Below are positions 1-8,389 of a stretch of 64,000 bases of DNA, piece by piece. A program made the position numbers and the translations under genes. The stretch comes from Smithellaceae bacterium. GTDB lineage: Bacteria; Desulfobacterota; Syntrophia; Syntrophales; Smithellaceae. The first letter of the stretch is position 1. Each line of letters begins with the position of its first letter. The stretch covers positions 3,072,001 through 3,136,000 of the forward strand of contig CAXXVL010000002.1 in NCBI GenBank assembly GCA_963667845.2, written 5' to 3'. The notes under the pieces were generated by a model. That model saw only the letters and a program-made list of their open reading frames with translations, was not told the origin of the DNA and searched no databases.

Positions 1-405
1 ATTGATGTGTATCTATACACGAAGGACCTGGACTATCTATTCACTGCGGACCCTCTGGCCGAATCCAAGAGACTGATTCAAAACGGTTACATCAAAGAAG
101 GCATTGCGTTTAGACTTTTCGCGCCGCAAACGCCGGGTACGACCAGTTTTTATCGCTGGTATAATCCGCAGATCAAAGATCATTTTTATCATTATGACCG
201 GACAGGCGGCGGGAAAAAACTCAACGGCTATGTGTACGAAGGAACGATCGGTAATATTGCGACATCGCGCATGACCAACACCCGCGAATTGTATCGCTGG
301 TTCAATCCGTCAACCGGGAGACACTATTTTTCGACAAACCCGAAAGGCGCATCCGGCGTGAGAAAAGGGTATCGCTTTGAAGGAATTGCCGGTTATGTCC
401 GATAA
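1..405 (+). CDS. C-terminal part of a DUF5648-like repeat protein (probably 5'-truncated by the window)
   Basis: Frame is open from base 1; repeated GY.xEG.(A/I) motifs (x3) and YRW(Y/F)NP...H(F/Y) motifs (x2). Confidence 0.65.
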   Translation: MDVYLYTKDLDYLFTADPLAESKRLIQNGYIKEGIAFRLFAPQTPGTTSFYRWYNPQIKDHFYHYDRTGGGKKLNGYVYEGTIGNIATSRMTNTRELYRWFNPSTGRHYFSTNPKGASGVRKGYRFEGIAGYVR

Positions 406-430
406 AATAAAATTGTCGAAGCTTTTAATC

Positions 431-459
431 TTGACAAAAAAAGGAAGAGGGGATATTAG
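431..459 (+). promoter_or_regulatory. sigma70-type promoter of the tRNA cluster
   Basis: TTGACA-17 bp-TATTAG, about 30 bp upstream of tRNA-Arg. Confidence 0.65.
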
Positions 460-489
460 GCTGTTTCTTTTTTGGTGCAGGTAAAGAAT

Positions 490-566
<77 letters not shown>

Positions 567-577
567 AAGCGAAAAAT

Positions 578-655
578 GGTGGGTGTAGCTCAGCTGGTCA
601 GAGTGCCGGGTTGTGGCCCCGGAGGTCGAGGGTTCGAACCCCTTCACTCACCCCA
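578..655 (+). tRNA. tRNA-His(GTG)
   Basis: G-1 present; anticodon arm CCGGG-TTGTGGC-CCCGG; C discriminator then CCA. Confidence 0.97.
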
Positions 656-675
656 TTTTTTGACATGGAAACCGC

Positions 676-752
676 GCGCCCGTAGCTCAGCTGGATAGAG
701 TCGCAGACTTCGAATCTGTTGGTCGTAGGTTCGAATCCTACCGGGCGTACCA
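676..752 (+). tRNA. tRNA-Arg(TCG)
   Basis: Anticodon arm GCAGA-CTTCGAA-TCTGT; encoded CCA. Confidence 0.96.
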
Positions 753-783
753 GAATAGAATGTTTAGATGATGTTCTTTAATA

Positions 784-924
784 TAGTGGATGTTCAAATA
801 CCCTAAAGAGTATGCGAATGACCGGATGCTAGGCGCCAGAGATGTGAGGCGTGAGATTTAAGTTACGCCGCCGCGACGAACATTAAAGGCAATGACACAG
901 GTTAGCGTTTTTAAACAGACATTA
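784..924. repeat. Degenerate MITE/REP-like element in the tRNA spacer
   Basis: Imperfect terminal inverted repeats (TAGTGGATGTTCAAA / TTTAAACAGACATTA, 11/15) and an internal GGCGTGA...TTACGCC hairpin. Confidence 0.35.
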
Positions 925-927
925 AAA

Positions 928-1003
928 GGGCCCTTAGCTCAGCTGGTAGAGCAACTGACTCTTAATCAGTAGGTTGTCGGTTCGATCCCGACAGGGCTCA
1001 CCA
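928..1003 (+). tRNA. tRNA-Lys(CTT)
   Basis: Anticodon arm ACTGA-CTCTTAA-TCAGT; encoded CCA. Confidence 0.97.
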
Positions 1004-1009
1004 AATATC

Positions 1010-1042
1010 AAGGGGTTACGAAAGTAACCCCTTTCTATTTTT
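1010..1042 (+). terminator. Intrinsic terminator after tRNA-Lys
   Basis: AAGGGGTTAC-GAAA-GTAACCCCTT followed by a T-rich tail. Confidence 0.85.
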
Positions 1043-1149
1043 GTCCTAAAGATGACCACTTGTGACCACCGTGACAGACAGTCTGTAATTTATCTGGCTA
1101 TAGACAATACTGGCAAAACGCCTTATATATTTCAGGTAGGCAATGGTTT

Positions 1150-2235
1150 ATGATCGGGACCAATATTCAGAAGCGCGAAGCGAGAGATCTGTGGGTGGCA
1201 ATTGCTATTGCCCTTTCTTTAGGTGTATATCACCTGTTCTTCAATATTATTTCATCCTTACAGTATATTTCATATCATTATTATCGATTGGTCAGCAATT
1301 TGCTCTTCTTCTGGATACTTGTCCTGTTATGGGTTGCTTACCAGCGCTGGCGCGATGCGGTCTACAGGCAAAGAGAATTACGCAATATTCTGGCAAGCAT
1401 CAGCACGGAAGTTATTATGGTGGTTGATTACAACCGCCGGATTCAGATGGTCAATGAAAGTGTAAATATTTTTGGTTATTCTCCGGAGGAAGTAATCAAG
1501 AAGACGACGGATTTACTCTACCTCGACCGTCGGGTGGATAAAAACCGTCCCACCGAAATACGCGATTCTCTTAATAAAATTGGCTTTCATATCGGGCAGG
1601 CAACTGGCCGGAAACGCACGGGCGAAACTTTTCCCTTGGAAATTGTAACCGCATTACTCAAGGGGACCGTAGGAGCTGTTGTCGTGATCAGGGACATCAC
1701 TGAGAGAAGGCGGAGAGAGGAAGAGATCCGGCAGATAGCCTACCATGATTCCCTGACGGGTCTTCCCAACCGGCAACTCTTCTCCGATCGCTTGAATATT
1801 GCTATAGTCCAGGCGCAGAGAAATCAAAAAAAAGTGGGAATTGCAATGCTCGACCTCGACCATTTTAAGGAAGTAAATGATACGCTAGGTCATGATATAG
1901 GGGATCTCACTCTCAAGGCAACGGCAGAACGGCTACGTACAGCTCTGAGGAAGGGTGATACCATTGCTCGCTTCGGTGGCGACGAGTTTGTATTGATACT
2001 CCCGGACCTAGCGACTATAGAAGATGCGATCCAGGTTGTGCAAAAGATCGTTAACAGTTTTTGCGAACCCTTTCTTCTGGACACTCATGAACGCATTGTG
2101 ACAACGAGTATTGGCATCGCTGTCTATCCCGATGATGGAACAGATGATGATATACTCCTAAGAAATGCCGATATTGCCATGTATCAAGCCAAGCAAGCGG
2201 GGCGGGCCCGCTACCAGCTCTATGAAAAGGGCTGA
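1150..2235 (+). CDS. Membrane-anchored PAS-domain diguanylate cyclase
   Basis: Two TM helices, PAS/PAC (RDITER), D.LTGL.NR, intact GGDEF, RxxD I-site (RKGD). Confidence 0.93.
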   Translation: MIGTNIQKREARDLWVAIAIALSLGVYHLFFNIISSLQYISYHYYRLVSNLLFFWILVLLWVAYQRWRDAVYRQRELRNILASISTEVIMVVDYNRRIQMVNESVNIFGYSPEEVIKKTTDLLYLDRRVDKNRPTEIRDSLNKIGFHIGQATGRKRTGETFPLEIVTALLKGTVGAVVVIRDITERRRREEEIRQIAYHDSLTGLPNRQLFSDRLNIAIVQAQRNQKKVGIAMLDLDHFKEVNDTLGHDIGDLTLKATAERLRTALRKGDTIARFGGDEFVLILPDLATIEDAIQVVQKIVNSFCEPFLLDTHERIVTTSIGIAVYPDDGTDDDILLRNADIAMYQAKQAGRARYQLYEKG

Positions 2236-2454
2236 GATGCGATGCAACCGCATTTTACTATTCAAGGGTTTTCAACTTGAAAATACATGATTACAGATGA
2301 TAAGCCATACCACAATGCTGTATTGGAAATCGTTGACTTAGAGAAGAAAGAGATCGGGTCAATTCAAGCGGCGAATAATTCTAAGAGCGGGGAGCGGTCA
2401 CTTCTTTTTTATCCAGATAAATGAATTATCAGCTAGTAATAAACCGGGGATAAA

Positions 2455-2503
2455 TCTTAATCAGCAGGTTGTCGGTTCGAGCACGACATTGTTCACCAAA
2501 TAT
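2455..2503 (+). repeat. Degenerate duplicate of the tRNA-Lys 3' half (attR-like)
   Basis: TCTTAATCAGCAGGTTGTCGGTTCGAGCACGACATTGTTCACCAAATAT aligns to 960-1008 with 6 mismatches. Confidence 0.85.
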
Positions 2504-2507
2504 ATCG

Positions 2508-2541
2508 ATGGGTTGACAGTTATGGCTGCTAGCCCATTTTT
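2508..2541 (+). terminator. Terminator-like hairpin after the tRNA fragment
   Basis: ATGGGTTGACAGT-TATG-GCTGCTAGCCCAT followed by a T-run. Confidence 0.55.
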
Positions 2542-2922
2542 ATTTGTAACAATATCTACAAAGAAAATATCTCCAAAGACCGAATATTCGAACTATCACC
2601 GTGAACATCCACTATTATTGGCAATTGCTGGAGGTGTTCAGCATCTCGCAGGTTTTCCTGAGATCCGGAATTGACGATTCGGGTCGATAGCACCTGCGGT
2701 TTCGCGGGTAGTTTGCCTCTACGAATCCACTGCTATTTAACCCTTATTGATTATCGCAGAGCAGGTTATTACATTTATTCAAATACAATAATAAGAATCG
2801 AGGAGTGATTAAATGGGCTGAGGTGCCTCAGCACATCCGCTCAACCACTTTAATATTTGCCGATACAAAAGCAACAACAGTCAAAGAGATCTGATGAGCT
2901 AAGAGCAAAGGAGGCATCTGCC

Positions 2923-3381
2923 ATGTATCAGAAAATCCTCGTTCCCCTGGACGGGTCAGAACTCGCCGAATGCGCTTTGTCCCACGTCAAAAATCTGGTC
3001 AGTACGGGCTGCGCCGGAGAGGTTGTTTTACTGAATATATTCTGGGCATTGACTTATCCTCTGGTGGCCGGAGAACCGCCGGCATCCTATATAGCTCAAA
3101 TCATCAGAAGCGCGAGAAGTGCTTCGAGAAAGTATCTTGCCGGCGTGCAATCAAGACTTAGTGCGGACGGGATTCCCGTGAAGACGGAATCACTGGAGGA
3201 TGATCGTCCGGGAGCTGCCATATCCGATTATGCTCAAAAAAACAGCGTAGATTTAATCATCATGGGTACCCATGGTTATACGGGATTAAAGAAGATGATG
3301 TTGGGCAGCGTAGCGATTGAGGTGCTGCACAACTCCCGCGTTCCGGTCCTGCTCATCCGGGCAGAGTCCTGCGCAAAATAA
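2923..3381 (+). CDS. Universal stress protein (UspA family)
   Basis: MYQKILVPLDGS...DLIIMGTHG...LGSVA..V...PVL; GGAGG RBS before ATG 2923. Confidence 0.93.
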   Translation: MYQKILVPLDGSELAECALSHVKNLVSTGCAGEVVLLNIFWALTYPLVAGEPPASYIAQIIRSARSASRKYLAGVQSRLSADGIPVKTESLEDDRPGAAISDYAQKNSVDLIIMGTHGYTGLKKMMLGSVAIEVLHNSRVPVLLIRAESCAK

Positions 3382-3588
3382 GATACTGAATGGAGCAGTG
3401 ACGACACCAAAATTTCTCATCGACGCAAATCCTCTCACCTCTCCGATGTCGATCTCGCGAATTAGTCCAAACGGAATTTGTTATTTGGGTCGTCACCAGG
3501 AAAAGTTCACTAAAATATCGAGTCCAAGGGTTGAACATTTTGACGATTCTTTTTAACCCTTAAAAACCTTCCGGCATTGAAGATTTCC

Positions 3589-3617
3589 TTGACATCTTGG
3601 GGACCGTTTCCTATATT
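3589..3617 (+). promoter_or_regulatory. sigma70-type promoter
   Basis: TTGACA-17 bp-TATATT upstream of 3753. Confidence 0.65.
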
Positions 3618-3752
3618 GCGGCAATTGAGAAAGTTCTAATCGGTTGTTAAGTATAACGGAAATTACCTGTTATCTCTGATACCTGAAAGATGCGATACGC
3701 TGATACAAAAACTATCCAACAAAAATTATTATTAGGGCGAAAATGAACTGTT

Positions 3753-4928
3753 ATGGCCGATAATATTGTATTCTCCGGAAGCCTGCTTTTTTTATCTCTT
3801 GCAGATGTTTTTCAACTGCTTGGTGGGAACAGTTGCACTGGAAAACTCACCTTGCGTAGTAAATATTCCAAAGACGTAGGCATTGTATATTTCCGGGGCG
3901 GAAACCCGACAAATGCCTACTGTGGTGATTGGAAAGGATTAGACGCCGTCTACGCACTGTTCGGATGGGCGGACGGCAGATATGATTTTTCCGAAGAGGA
4001 CTTGACGGGAATCGAACCTGAAATCAAAAGAAACATGATGGAAATTGTCCTGGATGCCTCAAGATTACTGGATGACGGGAAGATAGAGCAAATCGGTCCC
4101 GGTCAACTCGACCGCGAAGGCATGGAAGGAACCGGACCGGAAGGTGCGGAAATGGACGCCATGCAGCCGCTGAAAGGGCCCCCGGTGGATTATCTTTATG
4201 TTACAGGAGATTATTACTATCCGGACGGCACGACCATCGTTAAAGAGGGAGAGTACGGAAAATGGCTCTGGGCCATATCAGATGGAACGGTAAAGATATC
4301 CCGTTCTACGTCACAAGGGGCAATAACATTGGCCAGACTGGGCGAAGGATGTTTTATCGGAACCTTGAAGTCGCTGCTGTATGGCGAATGTGAGCGGACT
4401 GCGACGGCTGTTGCCGAAGGCGACGTGCAGCTATGCATACTGGATGCAGAGGCCCTTCATCGCGAATATGCGAAATTATCCGAAAATTTTAAAAAAATCC
4501 TCCTCAGCCTTGATAAGAGATTAAAACCGATTAATGATAATGTTGTTCAGGCATTCACCGGCGGCGCCTTAAAAGAATTGCCCGCGGATAAAGTTTTTGA
4601 CGACAGATTTCAGAATAATACTGAGTTGTATCTTATCAGAGAAGGAACGGCGGATATCATTGCTAAGGGACCTAAGGGAGATATCAACCTCCTGTCCCTG
4701 GGTGCGGATGATGTTTTCGGGTGGATTCCCTTTATGGCGTTTGGTCATGAACCGCTCGCCGCGTCCGTAATGACATCAAACCCGTTTGAGGTGGATGTCC
4801 TGGACAGCAAGGCGCTGCAGCAGGAGTATGACAATCTTTCTCACATGTTCCGGAATTTCGTGTTCGGAACGGCAACGAATATATCCATGACAACAAAACT
4901 CTTCTATCAATTATTGGGCAGTACGTGA
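3753..4928 (+). CDS. DUF4388 plus tandem cyclic-nucleotide-binding-like domain protein
   Basis: FSGSL..LSLADVFQLL....TGKL, GLDAVYALFGW.DG.YDF; cNMP folds (IVKEGEYG...LGEG..IG...RTATAVA and LYLIREG...DDVFG). Confidence 0.8.
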   Translation: MADNIVFSGSLLFLSLADVFQLLGGNSCTGKLTLRSKYSKDVGIVYFRGGNPTNAYCGDWKGLDAVYALFGWADGRYDFSEEDLTGIEPEIKRNMMEIVLDASRLLDDGKIEQIGPGQLDREGMEGTGPEGAEMDAMQPLKGPPVDYLYVTGDYYYPDGTTIVKEGEYGKWLWAISDGTVKISRSTSQGAITLARLGEGCFIGTLKSLLYGECERTATAVAEGDVQLCILDAEALHREYAKLSENFKKILLSLDKRLKPINDNVVQAFTGGALKELPADKVFDDRFQNNTELYLIREGTADIIAKGPKGDINLLSLGADDVFGWIPFMAFGHEPLAASVMTSNPFEVDVLDSKALQQEYDNLSHMFRNFVFGTATNISMTTKLFYQLLGST

Positions 4929-5098
4929 AGAAGATGAAGCAGTGTTTCGACGGGCGCAGTCAGCTGGAAGGCTGGCTACGCGTTCATAGATAGAAACCCT
5001 GCAGAGTCTCGCGGCCTTTTCTATATCTGAAATTGCAGCCGTCATCACCGTTGGCAAGGGTATCGGATGGGCGGCTTCATCCTTTATAAGTCCAGACA

Positions 5099-6151
5099 TT
5101 ATCTACTCCAGTGGCTGGCAAAGAACTCGCATCCCTCCGAGGTCAAAACAGTTGTTTCTCCAAGCCGGTGGTGTCCGATGAGGTTTTCCGAAAAAATCTG
5201 TGTCCACTGGTCGCGGCGAATGTGGTAATCGTTACGCTTGCCCCGGGCTTGAGTTAGAAACGATATCACCTCCGCCATCACAAAATTGTCCACGCAGCTC
5301 TGGCTTACGTCAATCGGGGCATCGTGGGCAAAGATGGAATCGATGATTGGCCCATAGGACTGGTAAACGGATACGGCAAGCGCAGGCGAACCCATCTCGG
5401 GCGTGTCATTGTCCCCGTCCATTTCCAGAAGGAGCACATCGTTGACTCGTCCGCCTATTTCCCTGAGATGAACGGCCTTGTCGTCCCACGGCATGTGATG
5501 ATAAGCGAGCGACAATAAGGCCACGTCGATGCCGGCAGGAAGCTTTGCCGCATGTTCCTGAATCCGGCCGTGGCGTTTATCAGTCGTGAGCCCCGGGAAG
5601 GCCTCCTTCAGTTTTTCGGCTGCCCGGTCGATCATGGCAGCTGAAGAATCAACCAGAATAGCCCGACCGACTTCACCGATGCGTCCGGCAGCGATGAGCC
5701 GTCTCAGGAGAAGGATTAATAGACTGCCGTCGCCGCATCCCACATCAAGAATGGTCAGCGGAGTAGTGAATACCGGAAGGGAAGACGCGGCAAAGCGGAC
5801 AAATCTTTCCCGCATATCGATGATGCCCGGCACAGTGGTGAAATGTTCATAGGGCCGCGGATCGGCAAAAATCATGTCCGGCATCTGAAAGCGGCCGTTG
5901 TGCCGCTCCAGATAGGCGACCATAATCGCGTTGAATATCCCTCCCTCTTCAAGTGCCCCTTCTCGAAACCAGTCCCACGATTTTCGATTGTCATCGAGGC
6001 CTGCCAGCAGACCACCGACATAAAAATGAAAATGTGCGCGAAGGGCGGTACGAATACCCCTTAGCGAAGATCGGGGGGTGAGCTTTCCGAGAATGGCTTC
6101 TCCGGCCAGCTTCTTCCAGGCAATTTGTTCATCGGATGTGAGATAGTACAT
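5099..6151 (-). CDS. Class I SAM-dependent methyltransferase with N-terminal extension
   Basis: ILDVGCGDG motif I, VDSS..M, D..L....YHH. Confidence 0.85.
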   Translation of the reverse strand: MYYLTSDEQIAWKKLAGEAILGKLTPRSSLRGIRTALRAHFHFYVGGLLAGLDDNRKSWDWFREGALEEGGIFNAIMVAYLERHNGRFQMPDMIFADPRPYEHFTTVPGIIDMRERFVRFAASSLPVFTTPLTILDVGCGDGSLLILLLRRLIAAGRIGEVGRAILVDSSAAMIDRAAEKLKEAFPGLTTDKRHGRIQEHAAKLPAGIDVALLSLAYHHMPWDDKAVHLREIGGRVNDVLLLEMDGDNDTPEMGSPALAVSVYQSYGPIIDSIFAHDAPIDVSQSCVDNFVMAEVISFLTQARGKRNDYHIRRDQWTQIFSENLIGHHRLGETTVLTSEGCEFFASHWSR

Positions 6152-6186
6152 AAATGACCTTCATCGGAACATTATTTTAGTGCCGA

Positions 6187-6215
6187 AGTATAAGAAACGG
6201 ACCAGCCGCTGTCAA
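6187..6215 (-). promoter_or_regulatory. sigma70-type promoter of the methyltransferase gene
   Basis: Minus strand TTGACA-17 bp-TATACT. Confidence 0.7.
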
Positions 6216-6464
6216 GGCAATCTTCCCATAGATAGGTCGCAAGGAGACATGCGCCATAGCTGGCTCCCGAATCACTGCCGGGCATACAGGCATCATCGGC
6301 CGGTTCTATCTCCGGGTGATGTTGTAAGGACTGAATCATCTTTTTAAGACGGAATCGAATCTGCACTGTTTTGCGTAATTGACAAACTGAGACAGACCCC
6401 GTATCCTTCTATAACGCGTGAGCGTCATCAAAGCATACGTCCTTGTATGAGAAAGAGGTTTCAT

Positions 6465-7337
6465 ATGAATCGAAGAGCCTGCACCCTTTTGGTTGCACTA
6501 CTCATTTTCATTTTGCTCGGTGCATGCACATCAGGCACGTCCGATCTTGCTCTGGACACTGACGGAGATGGTCTCGCTGATATCGCCGAGATTCAGATCT
6601 ATGGCACCGATCCCAACAATCCGGATACGGACGGGGACGGTCGCAGCGATGGAGAAGAAGTTCTGGCCGAAACGGATCCACTGGTTGCGGATTTTGCAAG
6701 GACCGTCCGATTTAACAACAACTCCACTAAAAGTGTCACGATTTACATTGTGTTTGCAACAGGATTGACCGGAAACGGTGGAGCCTATGACGAGGCTTAC
6801 TTCAATAAACAGGGTTGTCAAATGTATCGAGCCGACAGGTGCAAATTCGTCATTCCCAAGGGTAGCGATGCACACAAGATACTGAACCTCAGTAAAGGGG
6901 GTATCAATCTTTCCGTGGGATTGGACAGTGAACCCATGGGGCCCTGTCCGACAACAATGTTTGAAATCAACATGTCCCCGAAGGACAATAAAACTCATGA
7001 CCACTATGACGTTTCACTGGTCAATGGCTTCAACTATTCCATGCAAATCATCCCCTCGGCCGGCACGTCGACTACGCTTGTAACGAAGGCCACCGGAAAT
7101 CATAATGCGGTCGGCGTCTTTCCGCTTGGTTGCAGCGAGTGCATCGCTCTGAACTCTGTTCCGCCGACATGGGAAGACTGTCCCGGAAACTCTTCATCCT
7201 GCGGAAAATACAACCAGTGCTACAGCACGGCTGAATGCAAGACCGGTCCGGACAGGAATCATCCGAATGCAGCATGCGACCTTGAGGCGGCAACAGGAGG
7301 GAACTATGCGGTTAACATCGGTGATCCGGTCCACTAA
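6465..7337 (+). CDS. Lipoprotein with bacterial TSP3-like Ca-binding repeats and a thaumatin-like domain
   Basis: Lipobox LLGAC; DTDGDG x2; PTTMFEINM...DHYDVSLVNGFNYSMQIIP thaumatin signature; Cys-rich C-terminus; AGAGGT RBS. Confidence 0.75.
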   Translation: MNRRACTLLVALLIFILLGACTSGTSDLALDTDGDGLADIAEIQIYGTDPNNPDTDGDGRSDGEEVLAETDPLVADFARTVRFNNNSTKSVTIYIVFATGLTGNGGAYDEAYFNKQGCQMYRADRCKFVIPKGSDAHKILNLSKGGINLSVGLDSEPMGPCPTTMFEINMSPKDNKTHDHYDVSLVNGFNYSMQIIPSAGTSTTLVTKATGNHNAVGVFPLGCSECIALNSVPPTWEDCPGNSSSCGKYNQCYSTAECKTGPDRNHPNAACDLEAATGGNYAVNIGDPVH

Positions 7338-7350
7338 GTTTATTCCGACA

Positions 7351-7454
7351 TTTTAATCCCGCTCACGCGGGACGAGCGTTAATTCCCTGTCGCTTGCCGC
7401 GAAATAATGACGTTCATTTCATGCCTCGATGGCTTGATGCGAGATTGTTGATTC
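7351..7454 (-). repeat. ~104-bp palindromic miniature element, copy A
   Basis: Reverse complement matches 57885-57988 with about 14 mismatches in 104. Confidence 0.9.
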
Positions 7455-7586
7455 AGGATCTCATCTTTTATTTATAGATGTTCAAAATGAAAATGTTCCT
7501 TGAAATCAAATGGCACGCCGTTTATCGAAATAACAGACCAGGCGGGATTTTTAGGATGAGGAGGAAAGCCGTATAAGGGAAAACTC

Positions 7587-8249
7587 ATGACGGTCTCACA
7601 TGTGTTGCTGATTACCTTTATCCTCATTTCTTTTGTCCATCTCGCTGCCGAAGGGGCACGGTTGAGAGTCGGACGATATATCACTAAACCATTCCTCATG
7701 CCCGTGCTGGCTCTGTATTATGTCACGTCAGCAGCGCATCCGAATCCTTTATTTGCGGGGGCGATCCTGTGCGGCTGGCTGGGGGATGTCTTCCTCATGC
7801 TTCCTGATCCGCAAAATACCGGCCGCTATTTCCGGCAGGGCCTGATCTGTTTTTCATTCGGCCATATTCTTTACATTCTTGCTTTTGTTTCCTACTTCTC
7901 CCGTCCGTTCCATCCGCCTGCGTGGGGATGGGCCGCATCAGCACTTTATGCTGCCGCAGCTATAGCCGCGTACTTTTTAATCGTCCATAGGGCAGGGAAG
8001 CTGCTTACGGCTGTCAGTATCTACATCGCCATTATTACTCTCATGGGAATGAGTACGATCCTTCCTTTGGGAAGTGTTCACACGAGCGGCGTCGTCATGA
8101 CGATGGCCGGTGCTTTTTTATTTATGGGCTCGGATACGATCAACGCATACAATAGATTAGTGAACGAGATTCCTTTCGAATGGTTGCTCACTATGGGCGT
8201 TTATCTTGTTGCGCAGTTTCTGCTGGTGCAAGGATATCTCATGTTTTGA
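7587..8249 (+). CDS. YhhN-family lysoplasmalogenase-like membrane protein
   Basis: TKP.LMP, GD.FL, F..GH..Y, GA.LF..SD, Y..AQ motifs. Confidence 0.88.
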   Translation: MTVSHVLLITFILISFVHLAAEGARLRVGRYITKPFLMPVLALYYVTSAAHPNPLFAGAILCGWLGDVFLMLPDPQNTGRYFRQGLICFSFGHILYILAFVSYFSRPFHPPAWGWAASALYAAAAIAAYFLIVHRAGKLLTAVSIYIAIITLMGMSTILPLGSVHTSGVVMTMAGAFLFMGSDTINAYNRLVNEIPFEWLLTMGVYLVAQFLLVQGYLMF

Positions 8250-8389
8250 AGAACCCGATACCTTGAAGGAAAGTCTCACGGCTTAGTTCCTTTTCCACAG
8301 CTGTAAGACCGATGCTGATAAAGAACAATTCGACATCTCCGCAGCGGACACACCGATATATTCCTGAATGGCGGGCGAAGAATGGAAAA

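Larger units (their letters stand above)
960..2503. mobile_element. Decayed tRNA-Lys-integrated islet (attL 960-1008, attR-like 2455-2503) carrying a diguanylate cyclase
   Basis: 49-bp direct repeat of the tRNA 3' half with 43/49 identity; tandem TGACCAC repeats at 1053-1069; no intact integrase. Confidence 0.65.

Noticed and set aside
2676..2727. c-di-GMP-I riboswitch-like GGCAAAC...GAAA on the minus strand near a DGC
   Set aside because: It lacks the following GACGCAAAGC and second-stem signature, and no gene is suitably placed downstream
6172..6366. 64-aa ORF with a GASYG hydrolase-like motif
   Set aside because: Short, overlaps the methyltransferase promoter, and has no other supporting motifs
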